Of a DNA stretch of 64,000 nt, positions 25,701 through 37,700 are shown piece after piece; within the stretch, counting starts at the first letter, position 1; every line of letters starts with the position of its first letter. Both the position numbers and the translations under genes were made by a program. Where the stretch lies: assembly GCA_964188305.1 (NCBI GenBank), contig OZ076885.1; one strand, written 5' to 3'. The notes under the pieces are model-generated. The model saw nothing but the letters and a program-made list of their open reading frames with translations. It made no database searches and was not told the DNA's origin. This DNA is from Podarcis bocagei (taxonomy: Eukaryota).

Positions 25701-28700
25701 GTCCTGGGATTTCACTATTGAACAATTCATTAAAATAAGATCCATCTCTTACATTTTCTTTGAGAAATGGGCCACAGTCTAGTCTAAGAATCGTAACCTT
25801 ACTGGGGTCACTATCAGGCTAATTCAACAAACCTTTTGCAAAGATAGCAATCTAGATAACAAAATGCAACATAGGGGTTCAGTTATTTCTGAGAATGTCA
25901 CTTTAGGCAGCAGTCCTATACATACAACTAACTGGGCTTGTTTGTGCAAAGTAACTTTGCATAACATTGCATTTTCATGTTATTTGAACATGTATGGTCT
26001 CATCATTTTTATTGTTTTTTTAACAGCGAATTTGCAGGGGACTGGAAAATTCTGCCCCCTGGCTCATCTTGGCTGGATCTGGTGGCATCGCTGACATCTT
26101 AGCTGCACTTATGAATGAGCCACACTTAATTGTGCCACAGGTGGTAGAAAAACAGTTAAAAGAGAAATTCCCCACAGAGGATTTCTTGGGGACAGACATT
26201 CTTCAGTGGACTGCGGTGGTAAATTGACTTCTTGGTATTTTGTAGTCATCAAATGCATTTACAGACTATGAGCAGTTTGCAGTAAACACCTATCCACTCT
26301 ATTGTCAACCATCCTGGGCATTTCTAAACTTCAACCATTCTTTCACCTCCTTAATCTTTCTTAAATGAGACCAACCCCCCACCCCCGTACTTCTCTTTCC
26401 CTTTTCATTTTGTAATACTAAGGATTTTGTATACAAGTGCTTGATCATAAAACTGTAGAGTTGGAAGGGACCTTGAGGGTGATCTAATCCAACTCCATGC
26501 AATGCAGCAGTCTCAACTACTGTAACCTAAACATGACAGATGGCCATCCACACTCAACTTGAAAACCTTCAAGGAAGTCCATCACCTTTCGTGGAAGTCT
26601 GTTTCATTATCAAACAGCTCTTACAGTCAGAACATTCTTCCTGTTGTTTAGTTGGAATCAGGGCTGTCTTAAGCATATGTGGCGCCGGGGTGCAAAGATC
26701 TTCCTGGCGCCCACTCCCAGGTTGCCCAGTCCCAGGCACGCAGGAGGGCGGAGCCAGCCGGCCGCCTCAGCATCTCGCTGGCTCAGTCACCCCCCAACTC
26801 GCAGTGCAGAGCCCACAATAGAGAGCCCGCCACAGAACTCTGACCGACTGGCGAGCTCTTCCCTGGACTCAATTCTCGGGCCCCAGACTCTCAGTCTGGC
26901 ACACCTGAGAGCCCGGCGCCCGGGTGCCTTGTACCCTTAGCGCCTATGGGTAAGATGGCCCTGGTTGGAATCTCCTTTCTTATAACTAGAATCCACTGGT
27001 TGAGGTCCCAGCCTCCAGAGCAGGAGGAAACAAGCTTGCTCCATCTTCCATGTGACAGCCCTTTAGATATTTGAATATGGCTATTACATCTCTTCTCAGT
27101 CTCCTCTCCCTCAACCATTCATATATANNNNNNNNNNNNNNNNNNNNNNNNNNNNNNNNNNNNNNNNNNNNNNNNNNNNNNNNNNNNNNNNNNNNNNNNN
27201 NNNNNNNNNNNNNNNNNNNNNNNNNNNNNNNNNNNNNNNNNNNNNNNNNNNNNNNNNNNNNNNNNNNNNNNNNNNGGTCTTTGTTTTGGTTCAGACTCTC
27301 TTATCCCTTGGTAAGGAATGAAATGATTTGTAACTAAGGCCTGAGTATTCTGTATATTTTGGGTGATATCAAGTGTTAGTCATAGAGCAGATGCATTGAA
27401 AGCAGAGGTTTTAAGTAATTTACATCCATTGATGTCAGTGAGCTAACTCTGAGAATGATTTTGTTGGATTTCACCATTTTTACTATAATGGAAGTGGGAA
27501 ACACCAAACTGCTTTATCTCTTTAGATCCAAAGCATTCTTGTCCAGCAGCAGCTTTTAACAGTGCATAACTTTGAACAAGAAGGTTCAGAAGAACTGGAT
27601 ACAGTCATTTTGAAAGCACTGGTTAAAGGTAACATGTTTTTAATATATGTTGTCTATTTAAAAAAAGAAGGCTCCCTAATCCAGTACTACCTCATTTAAT
27701 TTCTTTATAAATTTCTTTCCCTGTAGACACTCAAATGGTGGAAAATATGGATAAAACCACCAATATACAAAACAATTCTATTTCAAACAATTCAAAAATA
27801 ATAAAACAATAGTAAAGTCATAAGACCACTGCAGACTAAAGGCTCACTGAAATTGGAAAATATTTACTCTCTCCCTAAACTTTAAAAGGAGTCATATGAA
27901 ATAAGAAAGACAATGAAAAACAATCACACTCTGGTAGAAGCTTATGAATGACAGACTATTGATGGTTAACTTTTCATATTTACTTTGTTTAGTGCCATTT
28001 CCCAAGTTAAGTTGGGTTAATTGAATTGTAATGCTTTAAATGTAGTGAAAACATTTTTTTTAAACAAACAAACCAACCTTGAAACTTTCAGAAAATAGGA
28101 TTCAAAGGAAAGCTTTATTTTATTTTATTAACTACTGAGAGTTTGGGGTTGCAGTCCTAGGCACACATACTTCAGAGCAAACCCCACTGAACTTGTGAGA
28201 CTTATTTCTGAGTAAATATGCATAGGACTGACCTGTTAATCCATTCTAAAGGCACATGATTAATGTATTCTTATTTTATGTTTATGGGTAGCCTGTAAAA
28301 GTCATAGTCAGGAAGCCCAAGAATACCTGGATGAGCTGAAGCTGGCTGTGGCCTGGAACAGAGTGGATATAGCCAAGAGTGAAATATTCAATGGAGATGT
28401 TGAGTGGAAGGTAGGGCTTGTTTTGTTTTTTTCATGCTTGAGTTGCTTATACTAAAGTTGGTAACTTTAGCATCTGCTGGTGAATGAAGTTTTTGAGTTA
28501 TGCCCATGAGTAATCTTCTTCACCAATCCTGAAGAAGTAATCTAAAAGTTGAACAGTTGAAAAGGGCCTAAGTTCATATCTGATGCCATTGCATCCTCAA
28601 AGCACTCCACTGTCGGGAATCCCAGGGCTGGACTACATCCTCGACCGGCATTTCTGTGATAAAAATTCCCCAAATGTTTATTCCAGAAGAAGTGATAGAA

Positions 28701-31700
28701 ATCAGCTTTCTTCCAAAATGCAACTCAATGAAGGATATGTAGGGCTCTCCTTTAAGTCTCTAATTCAGACTCTGATCAGACCTGTTTAAACTTTAGCAAG
28801 TCATCAGACTATGACCTGGACCTCTTTCAGTTTCATCACAATTTATTTATTTATTTATTTATTTATAATATATGTTTGACTGCCCAATCAACAGAGTCCA
28901 TTTAGAAGCATTTAGAACATTTAGAAGCATTTAGAACATTAAACCAAATGTTCAATGTCTTGCCTAAAAACTGGGACAAACTGAGATAACAGGATTGAAA
29001 CCAAGCAGAAATCATTTGTTTCAAGGGCAAAGAAACATAGTTTTAAAATTTCCAGGAGAATAGAACGGTCCTTGCTTAGTGCTGAAGAGGATATTTGTGT
29101 AGCCACCAGACGACGACGAAGAAGAGTTTGGATTTGATATCCCACTTTATCACTACCCGAAGGAGTCTCAAAGCGGCTAACATTCTCCTTTCCCTTCCAA
29201 CCCCACAACAAACACTCCGTGAGGTGAGTGGGGCTGAGAGACTTCAGAGAAGTGTGACTAGCCCAAGGTCACCCAGCAGCTGCATGTGGAGGAGCGGAGA
29301 TGTGAACTCGGTTCACCAGATTACAAGTCCACCACTCTTAACCATTACCCCACACTGGCTCTCCTTGACGAGTCTCCTTGAGCAAAGCACATAGTGAGTG
29401 TCCCACCCAGTGCCGGATTTATGTATAAGCTAAACAAGGTATAGCTTAGGGCCCCACTCTCCTGGGGCCCCCCAAAAAATGTGAAGGAAAAAACCATGGA
29501 TGAACATTTCCAAAATATAAGATAAAAACAAATAAAATAAAACCTTCTTTCAGTAGCTTAGGGCCTCATCAAACCTAAATCTGGCCCTGGTCTTACCACT
29601 TAATACCTGGGATGTGGATCAGGGTGTGGGCTCAATGAATGAGAGCTACTGCTCATACCATTGGTTCTACCAGAGAACACTGCCAGGGGAATTTGCCAAA
29701 GGGATGCAGACCAGTCCACACAGTGCATGCAATGTCTAGACCAGTACCTAATTGAGCAGCGAAGGACAAAATGCTCATATCCTAAGCATATTGATTGTTT
29801 CTATTCTTAGCATGTAATGGCTCTCTCAGGGTGCAATGCAAGTCAGCTACTTAACCTGATGAATGAACAGTCATAAGGTTTTGTTGTTTAGTCATTTAGT
29901 TGTGTCCGTCTCTTCATGACCCCATGGACCAGAGCACACCAGGCATAAGGTAGTACAGTACATTATCTGCATATTGCTCCTTTGGTGCAAAATTGTTGTA
30001 CAGTAAACTGGTCCAGTCCAGAAGCTATTTAACAGGGGTTGTATGCTTGCTGTGGCAGATTGAAATGTGCCAGGATGTAAAGTTCTCTTTGCCTTGTTTT
30101 TGTCTGTCTGGTCCAATGGACCGCCTTGCTCTGGTTTGCATGTGGCAAGAATGTCACAATTCCTAACACTAATAACTACTGCAATGGAATTTCTTTTTGC
30201 TTTTGCATTTCTTGTAAACTCAGTCATGTGACCTAGAGGAAGTGATGATGGATGCCCTGGTGAATGACAAGCCTGAATTTGTCAAGTTGTTCATTGATAA
30301 TGGGGCCAACATGTATGACTTCCTGACCTACAGCCGTCTTCAGAGACTCTACTGTAGCATCTCGCCAAAGTGCCTCCTCTATTCGCTTCTGCTTAAAAAA
30401 CATGAGGAAAGCAGACTCACCTTGGCAGGGATGAGTGGTCAACAGCACAAGGAAGCAATGGACACTTGCCCTCTCTTCACTCTTCATGAGGTTTCCAGGG
30501 TGCTGAAGGACTTCCTTCACGATGCATGCAGAGGTTTCTACCAAGACCCTAAATCTGGAAGCAAGAAGAAAGCCGTAAGTTTCTCAAAAACATAGGAAGT
30601 GTTGAACACAAGGCATGGCCCTTTGGGACCCAGTATATAACCACTGGCATACCACCCAATTCCATTATTTTCAGGTCCAAGAAGTCACAGATGATAAGCT
30701 GCTGTGCTCACAAGTCAAATCACTGTTGAAATGGCCTGAATGTGTCATTGAAATCCTTAAGGCAATATGCCTTTCACCTGTAAAATGCGGGAGGCATCAG
30801 AAACTTGGACATTGTCCACTTTCACAATTTTCTTCCTTCTAGGGCTGGGAAGGACAACCTATGGCTCTCAAAAACGGTGGTTCACTTCATCCCTGACCCC
30901 TGGCCATGCTGTCCAGGGCTGATGGGAGTTAAAGTCCACCTGGAAGGGCACAGGTTCCCGATCCCTGGTCTAGAGTTTGCAGTATTCCCCACCAGATAGC
31001 AACTCCAATGTTATTGTTTTTGCCTAGATTGCGGTTGCCTGGCTGTAATGGATAACTATTGGATATTTTTATGTGATGCTCTTAGTAAATATGAAAATTC
31101 CACATTACACACATGTATTGTTTGTTGATTTCTATGCATTTCTCCTTTCCTATGTTAGGGCATATACCGAAACTATTTTTTAATAAAATGGTGTAGCAAA
31201 CTGCAAACTACCTCTTCAATGTATTGATAAAATATCACACCGTGACTTCTGGACCAGGGCTTAGAGTATTGTCCAAAGGACAAAAATGCAATCAGAATGC
31301 TCCTGTTTGACCGTATTGAAAGATACATCATGGGGTAGTGAGGGTATAAAATCCAAAATCAGGAATCAGATACTGATGTGGTGCTTTCACTGGGAAATGT
31401 AAGCATCAAAATGCTTACTTTTCTCTCTCTCTCAGCATAAAGGAAGCAGTAAAGGGATTGAACAGTTGAGCCTTGATTTATGTACGAGCTTTTGAATGCT
31501 AGACCTTGAGATGACTTGCTTGAATTTTAATGAGCCACCATTAATTAGTGTCTGCTGAAAAGTGTGCTCTTGTTGCCAAAACCAAATAAAAATCTGATAT
31601 AACAGAAAGCTGGGTCATATGGCTAATTGCAGCTTCTTTGCCCAATGTCTTTCAGACAGGATGTTCTCATACCTATTCATTTGTTTCCAGGACACAGTGC

Positions 31701-34678
31701 GCCTTTAATTCAGTAGTGACAGTGAATAAATTATCTCAGGGTACTGCCAAAATAATAATAATAATAAAAAATCCAAGAGGCTTATATAAGGGAGCTGGGA
31801 GCTCTCTGGTTTTGCGTTCAGCACAGACAGAGGTGCCATTTGGGGGCTTGCAACTGGTACAGACATAAGTGCTATGCCGTGGTTTCATCCGGACAATTGG
31901 GGAACATAAAATTTGCCTGAAAACTCAGAGACGCATTATCTTTCTAAAAGGATTCAAAACATATTGATAGAGGTTGCCTACATGTTTCCAGATGTTCCTT
32001 AACTCGAAGAGCATAATTAATTTTAAAGGGTATGTCCCCTCTCCTACATTACAGTGCATGGAACAGGGGATGCCGTTCCACTTATTCGGACTATGATCTG
32101 GTACATCACAATAGATGGCGGCTGTTCAGTGTGCTGTACATCCTTCTAAGCATGCTTTGATGCCCTCTGTAGCTAATTGCTGTGGCATGGAGAAGATCCT
32201 TGTGAAGGGTTTGCTCAAGAGCAGGAGGTCTCTCCTACTTTGGAAAATTGTTTTGATATGGCTGGGATCATAACGCTTGCCTGCAAATAGAAAGATCCAC
32301 TTAGGGAAGTTCCAGATAAACAGCATTATAACAAGTTATTTGCTCCTTTAGGATAAGATAAGTGCAAAAAGGGTACCGAGCCCTTTGGATATGAATCAGA
32401 AAAGCGAAAATCCTTGGAGAGATTTATTCTTATGGGCAGTACTTCAAAACCGGCACAAGATGGCGTACTACTTCTGGGCGATGGTAAGCTTCATAGTGCA
32501 GTGCTACAGATTTCAAATGCTTATTTTAGCTACTTACCTGTATTTTATTGGAGGGGCAAATAGAAGATACTGGTGGGGAGAGGGAACTTAGATACCTCCC
32601 CTTCAGCAATCCAAAATGGACTCTTTACTATGGAGGCTATCATTATTGCTTTGTTTATTTCCTGCCTTTTATGATACAGTGGTACCTCGGGTTACATTCG
32701 CTTCAGGTTACATACTCTTCAGGTTACAGACTCCGCTAACCCAGAAATATTACCTCAGGTTAAGAACTTTGCTTCAAGATGAGAACAGAAATCGTGCTCC
32801 GGCGGCATGGTGGCAGCAGGAGGCCCCATTAGCTAAAGTGGCGCTTCAGGTTAAGAACAGTTTCAGGTTAAGTACGGACCTCCAGAACGAATTAAGTACG
32901 TAACCAGAGGTACCACTGTACATTTTTGTGAGCAGGCTGCGACATCCAAAAGCAATAATAAAACAACATCCAGCAGGAGCAATTACAAAATATATATCAA
33001 CATTGGAGAGGGAAGTGGGGAAATGCCCCATAGTGCCACCCCAGCCTTCATGCAAACCGCAGGACCACCAGTACCAGGTGTGGCCTGGCAAGCACCTTGC
33101 CTGCCTAATGCCATAGCCCACAAACTGCAAGACAGCAGATGCAGACTGTTGCCTGGAGAGGCTCCTTCCTTGCTTCTGATGTCTGATCCTATGGAGCTGC
33201 CTTACAATAAACCAGACTTATTTCCTTCCAGGGTCTCGGGCAAAGGCCTTTCAGCAAGCTCCTTTTAAATTGAGATGCTAGGAATTAATGCCCGGACCTT
33301 TTCGGGGTAAAAGGGGTAATTTGCTATTAAGCCATTGTATCTGGGACCAGGCACAATCCCTGGATACCAGGTTGGATGAAAGAATCAGAAACCTTCCTGG
33401 AAAGGGAGGGGTCAACCTGTGGTGGACCAAGCAGGAAACCTGACATTTCTGCTTCCCCACAACTAAGGCATAAAGGAATAAACACATTGTTTCCTCTCAT
33501 AAAAGGGAAGCCTGTATGCAGAGTGTGCTATAGCTTTTGGATTATTGACTCCTGAAAGGGGTTGCCCACCGCAGAGCTTGGACATGCCTGCATTACGTGA
33601 ACCACAGGCAAAGAGAGCCTAAATTTACTGAGGCAGAAGGAACAGAAACCCTCTGTTTCATCACATTGTCAAAATGTTCATTGATGCCAATTCTCTATTT
33701 ACAATTCTGGGAAACCTAAAGTCCAAGGGTGATATTCAACTCAGTGTAGGCAGATAAACTTCTGCTTGTGCAATGGGACTTTCCTTTACTGCCCCCTCAC
33801 CGTCTCCAGATCTGTTCTGGAGGGTTGGGGGAACTGCCAGAGCAGATTGGGGGAAGAAGAGAGGGGGAAGTTCAGTTGCGCGAGCGGAAGTCATTCCACT
33901 CATACAAAAAACTATTTAACACCATGAATACAACCTGTTTTTCAGGGGGTGGGTCTCCACTGAACTGTTATTTATTAAATTTGTTAGCCATTTTATCATG
34001 CCCAGGGAAACCCAAAGCAACTATTCCTTTCCATACCTCCCTTTCCAAAATGGCAGATAGCCACACTCTAACCAACAGCTATACAGCCTGTATAGTACTT
34101 AGAAAGCATGGGGCAATAATCCAGCCCACCAAGAATCCAGAGAGCCTACCTTTGAGAGTCCATTCTGGGCAGCAACTGTCTCTTTAAAAACAAAAACCAC
34201 CCCCACTCCCCCCAGGCATTCTAAAAAGCTGCCTAAAGCAGGGTCCTCAGGCATGGCAAAAAAAACCAAACCGACACCCCACATAGCACTAGATGGGAGT
34301 AATACAGTCCTTTGAAGAATTCACCTTCACGAGTTTCTTTTGGGCAGGAAAGCATTTATTGTGAGAAGCCCCCAATACAAATTTGCTTTTCACATCACTT
34401 AGAAGGAAAATGTAGCTGAATCACCTAAATTGTTGGCAGTGGCGTAGCATGGGTTTTCAGCACCCAGAGCAAGTCAAGTAATTTGCGCCCCCTAACCAGT
34501 GGATTTGCGCACCCTAACCCTAACCCCCAGATATTGCGCCCGGTGCGGCCGCCCCCCCTGCACCCCCCACGCTACGCCACTGATTGTTGGGGTGTTTCCC
34601 ATGTTAGACTTAAATAATCTTTAAGTGATTTAAACCACTTCTATAAACGCCTGAAAGTTGTCAATCAGTGTGTGTGTA

Positions 34679-34728
<50 letters not shown>

Positions 34729-37700
34729 GGGGGGGTGCATTTGCAATTCTAATGTAAAATCTGAATTGGCCAGAAGAATGCACATTTACACTATGAGCAA
34801 ATTTAAGGCAGAAACAAATACAACAAAGCCACTCCCCTCAAAAAATGCTTTTTAAGCCTCACTTGTGAGCACATTCCTTACTTGCAACCTTCCTCCTTCA
34901 CCTGCTGTTTTTCTCATTGTCTCTCACGAACTCTTCTCCCATTGACCTTTTCTGCATTCTCATATTCATTCATATCACACTGTTTACAATGCAAAAATCC
35001 CTTATCCTGTTTGTTCCCATGTTGAAAGGATGTGCCTTGGCCCACAGCCTCCCTGGGACTTCAAGGCTAGCCAGAAATTTAGGCCCAATCTGCTAGACCA
35101 AAATAGCACTAATTGTTAAAAGTGTTCATTTCAAGAGGAAAGCATTTTTGAGCTGCTTATTATGCTACCTTGGACAAGCTTTTTGCCTTTTCAGCAAGCA
35201 CCTTTTTCATTATTTAATGCAGTGGGATCTAATTGGGGGCAGGGGAGTTTATGCGATAATAAGTGTCTGGGTTTTTAAGATGCTTTGGTTTTTTTTGCTG
35301 CAACAGATTAAAGGGATTGCCCTTCCAGAAGTATTCACAATGTGGTTGTAATATCTTCATCATCATTATTTTATTATTTATACTCCGGGTTTCCCTAGCC
35401 ACTCTTGTAATAGTGCTTACTGCTCAGTCATTGGGAAATATGAAATAAACAGGGCAGGTGGCATTTCAAGGAGATGCTATTGTTTTTAATCGTCTCTTAA
35501 GATTCGGATGTGATTTTACATGGTTTCCCCACCCCAGGGTCAGGAAGGTGTAGCTGCAGCCCTGGCAGCTTGCAAAATCCTCCGAGAGATGTCCCACCTG
35601 GAGAAAGAAGCTGAAGTAGTCCGTAAAATGAAAGAGGCAAAATATGAGCAGCTTGCTGTGGGTAAGCGTATACAGTGTCAACCATTTAAAACTTGTCTGA
35701 GCAAACAGACCAAATGTACTTTTACAAGTCCCGTATTACCCTTGTTCCACGCTTGCAAGGAATCACGCTGTCAGGGATTTAGGAGCAGAGGCAAGGCCAA
35801 GGGAGGAAACAGAGAGCGAAGGGGAGGAGGCAGAAGAAAAGATGAGTGATGACGACGACCCGAGATCTCCTAGTCTTTCCAGTGAATCAGAGGATTCACA
35901 GAAAGGAGCACCAGTGGCCAGGGCAAGGGGGGAGTCTAGGGGGGCACCCCAGGAAGATAGAGCCAGAGGGGACTCAGGGGAGAGCAGTTGGAAATCGGGA
36001 CCAGCGTCACCGCCAGGGAGCAGGGAAGAAGAAGGGAGCCAGGGGGCAAGCGCTGGCAGCTCACCACAGGAGGGAGGGCATGAGTCAGGAGTGGCCACAC
36101 CTCCATCGGGGAGCGAAGAAACGGTTAAGAGGAAAGTGGAAGGTTGGGCGCGCGCGCCAAGTTCAAATGCAGAGGAAGGCGGCGCAGTAAGCAGCCCGGA
36201 AAGGGAACCAGGTCCTAAAGCCCGGCGCAAGGAGGCAGGAGGGTCCGGGTCAGCGTCAGAAGAATCCAGGAAGGAAGAAACCCCGGGGGGTAGAGGGACC
36301 CAGAGGAGGACAGTCAGGCGGAAAAGGTGGAGCAGGGCTAGGATATTAAGTTGGTGCACAAGGGGCGGAGACTCAGACGGAGCTTCGCCGATCTAGCTAC
36401 TAGACGTAGAGTTGCGCGCAGCAGCGTGAGAATGGAAACTGCAATTCAATAAAGACTTTTACTTAATGATCGCTGGCTAGCGTGATCCTCTGTGAGCTAG
36501 GATCTTCAAGCAGCTCTGACACACGCGTTTATTGTGGCAGCTTTAAAGGTTTAGTGCAGATGAGGCCAGAATGATTCCACCCACTTTTAACTGTCCAAAC
36601 TGCTTGAACCTCTGCAAAGTACCTACAGTCTGGAGATGACCTAACAGCATCAAATGGCAATTTGAGTTTTGCCTTCCTGTAATGGGTATCTGAACAGGGG
36701 GGACGGGGACTGCAAAGTATCTCTGCAATGGAGCAGGACAAATGTCTTCTCTCAAAGTAATTAAAACTCTGAGCAAGATACAAAGGTGGCATGCATTGAT
36801 GAGAATTGACTGGATCATAGCTCTACCAGTCAAACAAACCACTCAACATTAATATCAGGGCACAAGTTTTTGCCTTTCATGGGCTAGTTGATAGCCCCTT
36901 CTGGATAGGGGTTGCAAAATTACTGCTAGCCCTAGTAACACCTGGGATTGATTATAGCGATGGACTGTGCATGGGCTGTGGACTGTGCATGGGGTTCTTC
37001 TCAAAAACTTTAGCTAGTGACAGACTACTGACAGACAGGCACCACTGGGAACATCTCTTGCCACTTCTAAAAGACCTTAATTATCGTAGTCTCATTGCTG
37101 AGCAACAATGGGCAGAGCTTAGTGGATTGGGAGGCCAGCCAACCAGAAGAGTCTCAGAGGTGTACTTGCCTGTAGGCAGAGTCAGTGTCCAAAGTCCTAG
37201 GGTCAGGTGAACAGCAATCCATGTGGTCAGACGGTCCAGGGATCATGGAATCCAATGATCATTGGGGTCAAGGGTCAAGACAAGCAGGAAGCAGCAAGGT
37301 AGGGCCAGGACTACAATCCTTACCAGCAACTGAGTGCTGCTGGAAGTTCTGCTTAAGGAGGCTGAAGCCAGCTGGCTCTCATCATTGCCTTCTCCTCTGA
37401 GTCCTTGAAGGCTGATCAGTTGCAGGTGGAACCACTCTGCCTTCTCCCCCTTCAAGCTGCTGTTCAGCAGGCAAAGCTGGCTCCTGACCTATGGCATTAA
37501 TTGCTATCTGTAAATTTCCAGATATAATCCAAAGTGCTGGTTGGCGCCAGGGTGTCTAAAGGACCACCTCCTTCCAGCTGAACCTGTCTGGACTGTAATA
37601 TTATCCAAGGTGTTACTCCTCCAAGTGCCCCTGCCTGAGATTAGACAGCTGGTGACTGGAGATGATGAGCTATATCAGTTGTCCCACTTGGGATGGAAAC

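Noticed and set aside
34490-34530. CCCTAA telomere-like units
   Set aside because: Only two or three units inside a hAT MITE; not an interstitial telomeric array.
35763-36359. 198-aa antisense ORF in the LTR
   Set aside because: Non-ATG start, runs past the LTR boundary, and is the expected shadow of a purine-rich sense frame; the poly(A) signal is on the + strand.
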